Of a DNA stretch of 64,000 nucleotides, positions 28,236 through 37,043 are shown piece after piece. The translations under genes were made by a program, and so were the position numbers. Source of the stretch: a virus (lineage: Duplodnaviria; Caudoviricetes); IMG/VR virus record IMGVR_UViG_3300044477_000030, positions 1-64,000 of that record. One strand, given 5' to 3'. The notes beneath the pieces were generated by a model. It searched no databases and had not been told where the DNA came from. It saw only the letters and a program-made list of their open reading frames with translations. Position 1 is the stretch's first letter, and the number at the start of each line of letters is the position of its first letter.

Positions 28236-30128
28236 TCACAATGTACTGTTTATTGCCTTGGAGATTTGAATATTGAACAAAGATCTGGAAGCTCTGTCCA
28301 TCATATCCTGGATGCCTTCAGGTGTGAGCTTGGTCTTTCCATCATCGGTGATCTGGGTTTCAATGTTGAAGTTGTTCTCGATCTTGGTGTTGATGTTTTT
28401 GATGTTCTTCATCAAATCATCGAGAGAAGAGGTGTTGATTCCCTTCTTGATGTTTGCCATCCATTCTGTCAAACCTGTATCTGGCCCACCGGTGCTTCCT
28501 TCATAGGCCAAACCTTTATCTAGTGCACTTTTTGCAGAATCTCTTTCGTTGGCCAATCTCTTCAATTCAGAAGAATCCCCTCCTCTATAACTCCAATATG
28601 CCTTGTCCGCATCTTCGTACTTCTTTTGCAGATCCTTGTTTTTGTCCGCCTGTCCTTCTTTATAATGAGCACTACCGGGTGTCATGTCAGCCAGAGTGAT
28701 TCCAAGTGCGGCTCCTGCGCCTAGTGCAATGGCTCCGAGGGCGACTGGATTGGTGAGAGCAGTCAGAATGCCCTGGGCAATGGCAGCGGATTTAATCGCA
28801 GCAGTAAGTTTCACAAAAGCCGCACTAAGGGCGATTACTCCCGAGATGGTGGCCATGCTTCCCAATACTGCAAACAAACCAACAAGTAAATGCGTTTTTG
28901 TTATAGTGACAGGAAGAATCGAATTGACAAGATTCAAAATCGTATCGCTCAATGCCGCGAAGAACGAAATTGTCTCACTCAATAGAAATATCATGATCCC
29001 GAGAGCCTTGGCGATCATTTCAGAGAAAGTACGCAAGGTGACGGCAAATGTATCAAAGGCGGAAGCACCGTCGTTGGCGAGAGATACGGAATCCGCCAAT
29101 GCTTTTTGTAATTGTGTGTAAAGAGAAAGAAGAGGATATACCGCCCAATACAATTTCATAAACGATTCCGTCAACCAAGTTACCCCCTGGCCGACCAGTT
29201 TGATGACTGCAATGAAACTGTTCTTTGTGTTTCCTCCGATCTGCTCGACCAATCCACCAAACATCTTTAATGAATTAGAGACACGGGACATAACTTCGCC
29301 CATGGCTTTTCCGATTTCCGCCGCTGCTGGCTTTACGGAGCTGACTATGGTGATACCCATCTGGATCATATCCTTCAGGGGCTTCTCGAACATTGTTCCA
29401 ATTTCAAGACGAATGAGGTTGAAGGCATCCTTCAACGAAGACCACAAACCGGCGATCGTCTTGGAACCCTTCTCCATACCCTTGAAGAACCGGCCACCTT
29501 CTCCAGTGTCGCGGATCATTGCGTCGATCACCATCTTAGGTGTGACCAAACCACGGTGCATCATATCAAGCATATCTTGATATGGTTTCTTCTGCATCTC
29601 CGCGATGCTCTTGAGTGGATTGTAGCCAGCCGTGGTCATCTGGAGCAAGTCCTGGCCCATCAACTTTCCAGCGGCAAGCATTTGGCTGAAGGCAAGATTC
29701 ATCTGGTTAAAGCGGTTCTTATCGCCCAATGTGATGTCGCCCAGAGCCATCATGTACGGGATGGTGTTCTCGATCGACGCACCAAACTGAAGCATCAACC
29801 TGGCGCCGTCTGCGAGATCCTTGGCCTCGAACGGTGTAACGAAGGCCACATTCAATATGTCCTTCATGAACGAGCTGGCCTGCGAAGCAGATCCGAGCAT
29901 GACTTCGAACTGCGTCCGAAGCATTTCGATCGACGCAGTGTATTGTGTGATTTTGGAGAGTTCCGCGCCAGCGAACCAAAGCGCGGTGGCACCGGCGATT
30001 TTTCTTCCGAGGCCATCGAAAATGGAAGATGTGTCCTTGGCAAAGGTCTGCACGGATGCAGTCGCAGCCTTCAGGGAACCCTGATCGACCTTGAAACCAA
30101 GCATTGCAACTAAATCCGTGACCTTCAT
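28236..30128 (-). CDS. Tape measure protein
   Basis: 630 aa helical protein; FEVMLGS, TPFE, GKLMGQDL.Q tape-measure domain; C-terminal TM-like segment. Confidence 0.9.
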   Translation of the reverse strand: MKVTDLVAMLGFKVDQGSLKAATASVQTFAKDTSSIFDGLGRKIAGATALWFAGAELSKITQYTASIEMLRTQFEVMLGSASQASSFMKDILNVAFVTPFEAKDLADGARLMLQFGASIENTIPYMMALGDITLGDKNRFNQMNLAFSQMLAAGKLMGQDLLQMTTAGYNPLKSIAEMQKKPYQDMLDMMHRGLVTPKMVIDAMIRDTGEGGRFFKGMEKGSKTIAGLWSSLKDAFNLIRLEIGTMFEKPLKDMIQMGITIVSSVKPAAAEIGKAMGEVMSRVSNSLKMFGGLVEQIGGNTKNSFIAVIKLVGQGVTWLTESFMKLYWAVYPLLSLYTQLQKALADSVSLANDGASAFDTFAVTLRTFSEMIAKALGIMIFLLSETISFFAALSDTILNLVNSILPVTITKTHLLVGLFAVLGSMATISGVIALSAAFVKLTAAIKSAAIAQGILTALTNPVALGAIALGAGAALGITLADMTPGSAHYKEGQADKNKDLQKKYEDADKAYWSYRGGDSSELKRLANERDSAKSALDKGLAYEGSTGGPDTGLTEWMANIKKGINTSSLDDLMKNIKNINTKIENNFNIETQITDDGKTKLTPEGIQDMMDRASRSLFNIQISKAINSTL

Positions 30129-30130
30129 AA

Positions 30131-30430
30131 TCAATCTTCCCTTTTTTGTTGCATCATCGCCCTGACAGCCCGTTCCATGTCCCGCTTTTGGCAAAGCATC
30201 GCATAGTATTTTTCGATCTCATCAAGATCCCACTGCCGGACTTCCTCAAGGCTCTTTACATCGTGGACAACTTCCCAGACGATCCATTCTTCTAGGAAGC
30301 TGTCGGAGAAGTCACCGACCCTTCCGAGCTTTCGGATGAGTTCGTCGTCTTCTGCGGTTCCTGCGTCAACCCATTGATTTTGGTCATTACGGCTCCAATA
30401 CGCTGTTGCAGAGCCGCGAGGTCGAAAGGG
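30131..30430 (-). CDS. Tail assembly chaperone extension (gpT-like, reached by -1 frameshift)
   Basis: Open -1 frame overlapping the TAC 3' end; slippery C CCT TTC at 30424-30430. Confidence 0.65.
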   Translation of the reverse strand, partial: PFRPRGSATAYWSRNDQNQWVDAGTAEDDELIRKLGRVGDFSDSFLEEWIVWEVVHDVKSLEEVRQWDLDEIEKYYAMLCQKRDMERAVRAMMQQKRED

Positions 30431-30816
30431 AGGAATTTGTTCCACTTCATGACTTCGAAGATGATCTTGTAGATTGTGGTCATTCCGTAGTCTTCAAGAA
30501 CATCCATGCCATCGCGAGTGAGTTCCACCGCTTGTTTGCCTGGGACGATCGCGGTGACGGAAGAAAGCAACTCCTCCACCATTGGCATATATTCGGATTC
30601 TGGCATGGATGACAAGTGCATAGCAATCTTTGTCATTGCCATGTCGATGTTTGCCTCGAACCCATCCTTGCCAACGGCGGACATGATGGTTCCGGCCACT
30701 GGGCCGAGCAATGCGTCCAGCTTGCGGTCGAGAGAAATACGTTTGAATACTTCGATCTTCCGAAGTTGAAGTGTGATCCCATCTACGGTCACATCTTTCT
30801 TTTTGGTCGTTGCCAT
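30292..30816 (-). CDS. Tail assembly chaperone (gpG-like)
   Basis: Between tube and tape measure genes; followed by a -1 frame ORF. Confidence 0.8.
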   Translation of the reverse strand: MATTKKKDVTVDGITLQLRKIEVFKRISLDRKLDALLGPVAGTIMSAVGKDGFEANIDMAMTKIAMHLSSMPESEYMPMVEELLSSVTAIVPGKQAVELTRDGMDVLEDYGMTTIYKIIFEVMKWNKFLPFDLAALQQRIGAVMTKINGLTQEPQKTTNSSESSEGSVTSPTAS

Positions 30817-30841
30817 TTTCTTTTCCTGGTTGGGTGAAAAG

Positions 30842-31297
30842 CTAATTGCCACCTACAAGCGCATACCCATTCAGAGTTCGGAGTTTCCATTCACGGGAGG
30901 ACATGGATCTGCGGAATTCCTGGGATGGACATGAAACAATGTAGGCTTGGGTTGAAATGAATGTCGTCAATCCCGAAAGATCCTTCACAACCAAGGGGAG
31001 GGCACCGGAATTGGCAAACAAATCTGTATTCAAATAAAGACTGAAATCAGCGTTGGCAGAGGAAGTCTGCTTCAGGCTGAAGGTAATATCAAATGAACGG
31101 ATGCCCGAAAAGATACGGTCGTGCTCAAGCATCGTACCGATAACTTCGCTGAAGGCATCCGCCGTAGGAGTCACGGTGAGAATGGAGTTTTCAGCAAAGC
31201 CCGTGACAATGGTTGATCCATAGATCATCCGAAGACTAGCGGTGTTCCATGTACGGACACGCTTGCCGGGATCTAAGAAATTGAAACCGATTGCCAT
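30842..31297 (-). CDS. Tail tube-like protein 2 (DUF3277-like)
   Basis: TWNTASL...VTGFAENS, SLKQTS; paralogous to 31308-31745. Confidence 0.7.
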   Translation of the reverse strand: MAIGFNFLDPGKRVRTWNTASLRMIYGSTIVTGFAENSILTVTPTADAFSEVIGTMLEHDRIFSGIRSFDITFSLKQTSSANADFSLYLNTDLFANSGALPLVVKDLSGLTTFISTQAYIVSCPSQEFRRSMSSREWKLRTLNGYALVGGN

Positions 31298-31307
31298 GGG
31301 CTATACC

Positions 31308-31745
31308 TTAGTTGAATGCGACTTCGGTGACAACGAACTTCCATTCGCGCATGGACATCTTGCGGGCAGCATCCATACGGGCCGGAGTCTTGATCCAAGC
31401 GGTGCCGGAGAGCTTCTTGGAGCCGTCAATACCTGTGACAGTAATCGAACCCACTGTCCCATCGGTGTCTTCCTTCTCTGCCATGTGAGCATCGACAAGA
31501 GCCACATTGGTAGGGGAGACTTGCTTGAGGGTCACGGTGAGGTTGTAGCTCTTGGCGTTCCGGTTCGTGCGGTCAACAAGACCATCCGCGCCTTCGCTTT
31601 CCTCGAACGAATCACCGATCTGCTCCAAGGAAACGATGGTGTCTTCACCAAAGCCAGTGAAGGCAATGGAAGAAGCATCTGCGTAACCGGGAGTATAGGC
31701 CACATTAACGGTGGCTGCGTTCCATGTTGCAACTGTATGTGCCAT
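31308..31745 (-). CDS. Tail tube protein (DUF3277-like)
   Basis: TWNAATV...FTGFGEDT, TLKQVSPTN, REWKF; directly after the sheath. Confidence 0.85.
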   Translation of the reverse strand: MAHTVATWNAATVNVAYTPGYADASSIAFTGFGEDTIVSLEQIGDSFEESEGADGLVDRTNRNAKSYNLTVTLKQVSPTNVALVDAHMAEKEDTDGTVGSITVTGIDGSKKLSGTAWIKTPARMDAARKMSMREWKFVVTEVAFN

Positions 31746-31758
31746 GATTCAAATCTCC

Positions 31759-33075
31759 TTAGACGGTCACAGTGCCGGTGATGGTGACATGAAGGACAGC
31801 CATGGACAGCTTGCCGGTGAAGCTGATTGGGAGTTCTCCAGCGAGCTTCTGCTCTGCTGTGAGATCCTTGTACCGTGGTGCCGTGATGGTGGTTTCGCCT
31901 GCAACGAGGATACCCCGTGCTTCGGCTTCCTTGAGAACTTCAGCGACCTTGTTGTAAACAAGGAGGATTCCGTTGTCGTCCATTGGAATCTTGCGGTTGT
32001 TCACCAGCAAGCCAAACACACGTTCCTGGAGACGGGCTTTGATCCAGTCCACACCAACCATAACGTCGATACGTTCTCCACTCACGCAGAAGCCCTTGCG
32101 GGTCAACGATACGCCAGCGGTGGTCGTGTAGGTGTTCCCGTTCTTGGCCCAGATTGCGGATTCCTGGCCTGGAGTGAGGCTGTCCGCTGTGATCCCGGTT
32201 GGGCTCTTGAATGCCCAAGTCTGGGAGCCTGGTTCGAATGGAAGGCATTCGCTGAACCAAGCAACATCTGGATAGTTGGAAGGATCGTTCTTCCAGAAGT
32301 AAACGGTGCGATCATAGCCCAGAGCCTTCAACTCATAGAGCAAATCCGTGGTGGAAGCTCCATTGTAGGCTTCTGCTTCGCTGTCGTTCAAGAACATGAT
32401 CTTCATCTGGCTTTCTGCCCAGAGAGCAGCCGCCTTCAGATCGGTTTCGTCGTATGGATAGGTGATCGTCGCAGTTGGTTGCGATGCTCCACCGGAGACT
32501 GTGCAGACGACGGACATCACATCGACTCCGGTTCCAACGATGTCCATTGTGCGGGAGGTGTCGGTCGCGGCAAACTTCGCACCGAGCGCGGTTTCGATTG
32601 CGGTCTCCCAAGCAGCCATAGTGTTGGCATGAGAGGTGGCATATGGCACGTCGGCAACTGCAGTTCCGTTGATCGTGGTGTGGATCACATTGTCGGTGAT
32701 CAGATCTGCGGAAAGAACGATCTTTCCGGCCTTCAGTCCAAGGACGCTGAAAGCGTACCAATCTGGGCTTTCGAGCTGGATGGCATTCAGAGAGGCATCC
32801 ATGTCCGCATCAAGAGCGTCGATACGGCCAACCATCACAGTAGATGGATGAGGATCTTGGGCAAACACCAGTGCAGCCGCATTGCGGATGTTCACGGGCA
32901 ATGCGTCCGTAACCATGTCTGCTGTGCTGGAGTAAATGCGAGTGCGTGTGAACGGAACGGTTGTCTCCGAGGCTGCGAACTCGCAGATCAAGCCTGGGAC
33001 TCCGAAGGCCGTCTGCGCGACGGCTTGAGTCTGCCGGTCAACGCTGACCGTGACTACGGTGTCGAGATTACTCAT
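31759..33075 (-). CDS. Tail sheath protein (DUF3383-like)
   Basis: V.VSVDRQT, PGSQTWAFK, WAKNGNTY, GERIDVMVGVDW. Confidence 0.9.
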   Translation of the reverse strand: MSNLDTVVTVSVDRQTQAVAQTAFGVPGLICEFAASETTVPFTRTRIYSSTADMVTDALPVNIRNAAALVFAQDPHPSTVMVGRIDALDADMDASLNAIQLESPDWYAFSVLGLKAGKIVLSADLITDNVIHTTINGTAVADVPYATSHANTMAAWETAIETALGAKFAATDTSRTMDIVGTGVDVMSVVCTVSGGASQPTATITYPYDETDLKAAALWAESQMKIMFLNDSEAEAYNGASTTDLLYELKALGYDRTVYFWKNDPSNYPDVAWFSECLPFEPGSQTWAFKSPTGITADSLTPGQESAIWAKNGNTYTTTAGVSLTRKGFCVSGERIDVMVGVDWIKARLQERVFGLLVNNRKIPMDDNGILLVYNKVAEVLKEAEARGILVAGETTITAPRYKDLTAEQKLAGELPISFTGKLSMAVLHVTITGTVTV

Positions 33076-33625
33076 TTGGGACTCCTACTGAAATTGAAAC
33101 ATTCTGGTCGTTCGTGCCATCCAAAGTCCCAGACATGGTAACTTCTTGGGCAGCCGATGCGGTTCTTGTGTGCTGGGATGCGAATCCGATTCCGAGTTCG
33201 CATATTCTTTCTTGAACAAAATTTGCGACGTTGCTGGATGGAGAGTCCACTACGTCGCCGACTTCGTAAATGGAAATGCCATATTCGGTGAGCATATCAC
33301 TGACCGATTGATCCTCCAAGCGATCTAAGATCCGACCGATGTAATCCGCATCGCCGACATCATAAAGAGTGACGAGCCCAGAGAAGTCATTTACAACTTC
33401 CTGGCTTGTTGCGGCAATGTCTGTGATGTCCAAAGCAGACACCTGGCCAATCTGCTTGCGGTTCGGCGTGGAGATCCGAAGGTATGGAGGAGAGGAATTG
33501 TCTTTCTGGAAAGCTCTGGCGATGTCGACCGTTTCTTCCCCGGCAACATCCAGAATAAAATGGAAAACCTTGTCCAAGGCTTCATAAACCTGGAGATGGA
33601 TCTGGGTTTGTTCAAAATTAGCCAT
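33068..33625 (-). CDS. Tail terminator/neck protein
   Basis: Synteny before the sheath; PPYLRI motif. Confidence 0.7.
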   Translation of the reverse strand: MANFEQTQIHLQVYEALDKVFHFILDVAGEETVDIARAFQKDNSSPPYLRISTPNRKQIGQVSALDITDIAATSQEVVNDFSGLVTLYDVGDADYIGRILDRLEDQSVSDMLTEYGISIYEVGDVVDSPSSNVANFVQERICELGIGFASQHTRTASAAQEVTMSGTLDGTNDQNVSISVGVPNE

Positions 33626-33965
33626 TAGCTCCTCCTGGGACAAGAGAAGCAAAATACTTATTATGGGAAAGCAAACCGTTCTGGTTTGGGAGGATCTGGA
33701 ACACTTCGTATTCGCGATTCGCGAACAGAATACGGTCTCCGGCTAGATTTTGTGCCTCGGAGGAAATCTGGAGTTCATCTGCGGTGTAGATCTTAACCAC
33801 GCCGGTATCTCTACGCCCTGCGGGAAGATACATAATATCCTTCCCACTGACCGGCTGTACGGTTCCAAGGAAGGTGAATTCGACTGGCTGATCCTCAACA
33901 ACAATACCATTGACGACGCCAAATGTATAGCGCCGTGCGGTTATTGTGTTATTGAAAAGACTCAT
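33618..33965 (-). CDS. Head closure protein
   Basis: GTVQPVSGKD..YLPAGRR, GDRILF...YEV. Confidence 0.75.
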   Translation of the reverse strand: MSLFNNTITARRYTFGVVNGIVVEDQPVEFTFLGTVQPVSGKDIMYLPAGRRDTGVVKIYTADELQISSEAQNLAGDRILFANREYEVFQILPNQNGLLSHNKYFASLVPGGANG

Positions 33966-34486
33966 TCCTTTTTACCTTGTCCTGGGATGTAAACTTTGGA
34001 ATTGATATTGTCGATGAGCTGATGGGTATCTACCAAAGGAGCAGTGGATTGATTTGGAGGCGGGACTTTTCTTTTCCTTCTGTTCTTTATTGTCCTCGGA
34101 GATAGTTCCCAACCTGGCATTGTTGGAGCATCCTCCAGCATAACCTTCCTTATCATTCCTTCGTAGGCCACCGCAATGATCTTCATCAGGCTCATCGCAT
34201 TGGCCCCAGCTAAAATCTTTGTCATGCTCAAGGCAAGCATCTGTCCGACGATCCCCTTGTTCTTCTCCTCGGTGAACCGCATGAAGTGCCGAGGCGTGAT
34301 GTTATCCTGTGCAGATCCGTATTCCAACTTCGCAGCAATATTTGCCATTGAGAGCTTGGAACCTGGATGCTTTGGGGATGGTGAGTTGAAACCTACTTTT
34401 GCCACGGGCAATTTCCCGAGACTTTTAATCAGTTTCTTATCCCAATCAGGATTCATGTTCTGAATCTTGAAAGTGGATACAATCAT
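33962..34486 (-). CDS. Neck/tail completion protein
   Basis: VGF, IAAKLEYG, PRHF, LSPRTI..R, PLVDT. Confidence 0.8.
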   Translation of the reverse strand: MIVSTFKIQNMNPDWDKKLIKSLGKLPVAKVGFNSPSPKHPGSKLSMANIAAKLEYGSAQDNITPRHFMRFTEEKNKGIVGQMLALSMTKILAGANAMSLMKIIAVAYEGMIRKVMLEDAPTMPGWELSPRTIKNRRKRKVPPPNQSTAPLVDTHQLIDNINSKVYIPGQGKKE

Positions 34487-34884
34487 TCCATCCTCGGTTC
34501 GGGATCTTCGGCTCCCGCCATACCGGTTACAGATAAAGTCAAAATTGTACGTTTTCCAAGAGAGATGAGTCGTTGGCCAAAAACAGTAAGGGAAAGGTCG
34601 CTGGAACCGTTGCCGGTTGCTCCAGATCCACCTTTGAAGTACGAAATTGAAAGATCGCCTTCCTTCTTGGAGGCAATCGCTCCACCGGTTCCACTTGAGA
34701 AAGCAGGATCGAGGAGAAGGGTCATTTCATGTGCAGCACGATAGGCAACCGCATATGGTCTGCGGTCGCCAAACGATGTGTTGGATGTCTGTTCCTCCGC
34801 CATAGCAAGAAAGACCGTCCGTTGCTCGGGAGACCCGAGTGTCGGAGCGATCGCGTTGAGGATTTCGGAAGCAGACATTGCCAT
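34483..34884 (-). CDS. Head-tail adaptor (DUF4054-like)
   Basis: AVAYRAAH, SKKEGDLSISY, TVFGQ. Confidence 0.8.
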   Translation of the reverse strand: MAMSASEILNAIAPTLGSPEQRTVFLAMAEEQTSNTSFGDRRPYAVAYRAAHEMTLLLDPAFSSGTGGAIASKKEGDLSISYFKGGSGATGNGSSDLSLTVFGQRLISLGKRTILTLSVTGMAGAEDPEPRME

Positions 34885-34886
34885 GA

Positions 34887-35279
34887 TTACTTATCCTTGG
34901 AACGATCCATGAGCTTGTTGATGCGATTCACCAGAACAACCAGCGCAGCTTCCTTGGTGAAATTGGTCGCCTTCCAAGTTTCGAGTTGCTTGATGTTGTT
35001 GCAGGCTTCCAGAACGGAGATTTGCTCGGAGTCCTTGAGATCCTTGAAATCAACAACTTCGGCGCCCTTTGTCGGCTTACCGGTTGGATCTTTGCCATCG
35101 ACAGCTTTGGTGAACATCTCTTCGAGAGTCCCACCCTTGATCTTATCGATGATGCTTGGACGAGCTTTTGCCCATGCTTCGTTTGGGAATTCCTGCGTGC
35201 CTGGGACAATAATCAAAAGGTCTCCATCACGGCCTGCTGGAACGCTCACAATATGGTTTTCTTTGGAATTTACAATCAT
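34887..35279 (-). CDS. Hypothetical head-region protein
   Basis: 130 aa after the capsid gene; promoter motif at 35312-35321. Confidence 0.7.
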   Translation of the reverse strand: MIVNSKENHIVSVPAGRDGDLLIIVPGTQEFPNEAWAKARPSIIDKIKGGTLEEMFTKAVDGKDPTGKPTKGAEVVDFKDLKDSEQISVLEACNNIKQLETWKATNFTKEAALVVLVNRINKLMDRSKDK

Positions 35280-35350
35280 TTCAGAATCCTTGGTTGATTG
35301 GCTTCTTAGTAATAATACAAATTATTGAGGTATTTCAGTCAAAAAAGTTG

Positions 35351-35389
35351 AAAAAAAGTCCCAGGCCAGGTTCTCCCAACCCAGGACTT
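35351..35389 (-). terminator. Terminator after the major capsid gene
   Basis: - strand AGTCCTGGG...CCTGGGACT hairpin followed by T7. Confidence 0.7.
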
Positions 35390-35405
35390 CCCCAACCAAG
35401 GAGAC

Positions 35406-36332
35406 TTAGATACCGTAGCCCCAGCCGACAGACAGTGGGTAGTAAACAATCACACCGCCGCAAGAAGCCTGGCATGGGATGTTGTACTCAGTGCCTTCCT
35501 TATCGGCTTCGAATTGCTCGAAGGTCTCTGGGATCTCCAGAGTAAGGTGCATTGGATCACGGGTGTACATCATGATCATCTTGGTCGAACCAGTACCGGC
35601 GGTATTGAGTTCGTTCACCCAATCCCACTTTGTTACCATTGGGAGGGCGTCCTTGACGAATTGCAGAACGGTCTTGTCGGAGCCGTCACCCATACGCTTT
35701 GTGGCGATGAAGTTCATGCTCTCAAGAGGCATAATGCAAGTATCTGGGGCTTCGAGGCCGTTGGTGATGGCGTTCACGGAAGACCAGAGACCGGTGATGT
35801 CGCGAGCGATCTGGTCGGCAGTCTTGTGAGCCCAGGTCTTCACACTGCCCGTACCATCAGCGACGATGGTGTATTCGTGCAGACCTGGATAGCCGATCAA
35901 GCCCTTGAGGTTGCTGGTGGCATCACCGTTCCATGCGATCGCGTCGATCTTCTGGTCGATGGCACGCTTTGCAGCTTGAGCCCGGCGGGTATCGAGACCC
36001 TTTTCTGCCATCTGGGAGGCACGGATTTCCTTGATGGAGTAACCATAGGAAATACCGATGTCCTTCACCTTGACGGAGGTTTCGGTTCCATACACATCCA
36101 CGCGAGGATAATCCTTGGCGTAGTCTGCGATGATCTTGGCAACACCAACCATGTCATAGACGCGATAGGTGATGGTTTCTGCGCCACGATTGACACGGGA
36201 CACAGGAATAAGGCTCGTGGCCTTGAGCTGACTGTGCTTCACATCGTAAGTGGCGGTCTTGACAACTTCCAGCTCGCGGGTGAAAAACACGGTCTCGTCG
36301 GCATCGAGCTTCATGGCATTCTTGGGATTCAT
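35406..36332 (-). CDS. Major capsid protein (DUF2184-like, HK97 fold)
   Basis: GAETITYRVYDMVGVAKII, IGISYGYSIKE, AWNGD...GL..YP, GVIVYYP. Confidence 0.92.
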   Translation of the reverse strand: MNPKNAMKLDADETVFFTRELEVVKTATYDVKHSQLKATSLIPVSRVNRGAETITYRVYDMVGVAKIIADYAKDYPRVDVYGTETSVKVKDIGISYGYSIKEIRASQMAEKGLDTRRAQAAKRAIDQKIDAIAWNGDATSNLKGLIGYPGLHEYTIVADGTGSVKTWAHKTADQIARDITGLWSSVNAITNGLEAPDTCIMPLESMNFIATKRMGDGSDKTVLQFVKDALPMVTKWDWVNELNTAGTGSTKMIMMYTRDPMHLTLEIPETFEQFEADKEGTEYNIPCQASCGGVIVYYPLSVGWGYGI

Positions 36333-36344
36333 GTTAGCTCCTTA

Positions 36345-37034
36345 TTACTTGATGATTTCGACGCGAGCAAGAGCAGCGCCGGAGGTTGCGGTGCGGAACA
36401 CATAGCCGGTGGTCACATTGCCACTGGAGTCGTCGGTGAACACGCCGGAAGCGGCCACCAGGTAGGCGGTCGCGTTGGCAACAACTGCGTCTGCGGTCAT
36501 CACCCACATTTCGCCTTCGCGGACGATCGGTGTGTTGTCGTACTGGTTGAATTGTCCACCAACCTTCTGTACGCGAGGGAACACGCCAAACACGGAACCA
36601 GTGCAGGAGAGAACCTGGCTGGAAGTTGCCTGGGATGCGCCGAGAGTGACAGCTGCCACCACGGTGATCGCGGAGTGGTCATCCATGGAGATGTTGATGG
36701 AACGGCCTGCTCCAGCGGTTGCGGTCACATTGGCCAGACCATTGATCGCGGCAACAACGGCTGCGAAAGTCGTGGCGTGGTTGGTGTCAAACACCACAGG
36801 AGTGATCGCAGTTCCGTCCACACTGACGGCAATGGAGTTGGATGCGACGAAATCTGCGCTGAAGGTCAGCACGGACTTGTCGAGGACATACTGGAACACC
36901 TTCTCGGCGTCACCAGAGAAAACAACTGCGGGCATACCGAAGTTGCATTCATTGCCAGCTACTCGGGAGACGACTTCGGCATCCCCGACCAGAAGCCCAG
37001 CGAGGGCAGAATCAATATTACCATAAGCGGTCAT
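36345..37034 (-). CDS. Head decoration/cement protein with inserted beta domain
   Basis: Immediately before the capsid gene; VREGEMWV pattern; insertion at about aa 53-143. Confidence 0.8.
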   Translation of the reverse strand: MTAYGNIDSALAGLLVGDAEVVSRVAGNECNFGMPAVVFSGDAEKVFQYVLDKSVLTFSADFVASNSIAVSVDGTAITPVVFDTNHATTFAAVVAAINGLANVTATAGAGRSINISMDDHSAITVVAAVTLGASQATSSQVLSCTGSVFGVFPRVQKVGGQFNQYDNTPIVREGEMWVMTADAVVANATAYLVAASGVFTDDSSGNVTTGYVFRTATSGAALARVEIIK

Positions 37035-37043
37035 AGTCGCTCC

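Noticed and set aside
30842-31745. Two tandem tail tube paralogs as a novelty
   Set aside because: A second tube-like gene after the main tube gene is a familiar arrangement in contractile tail operons.
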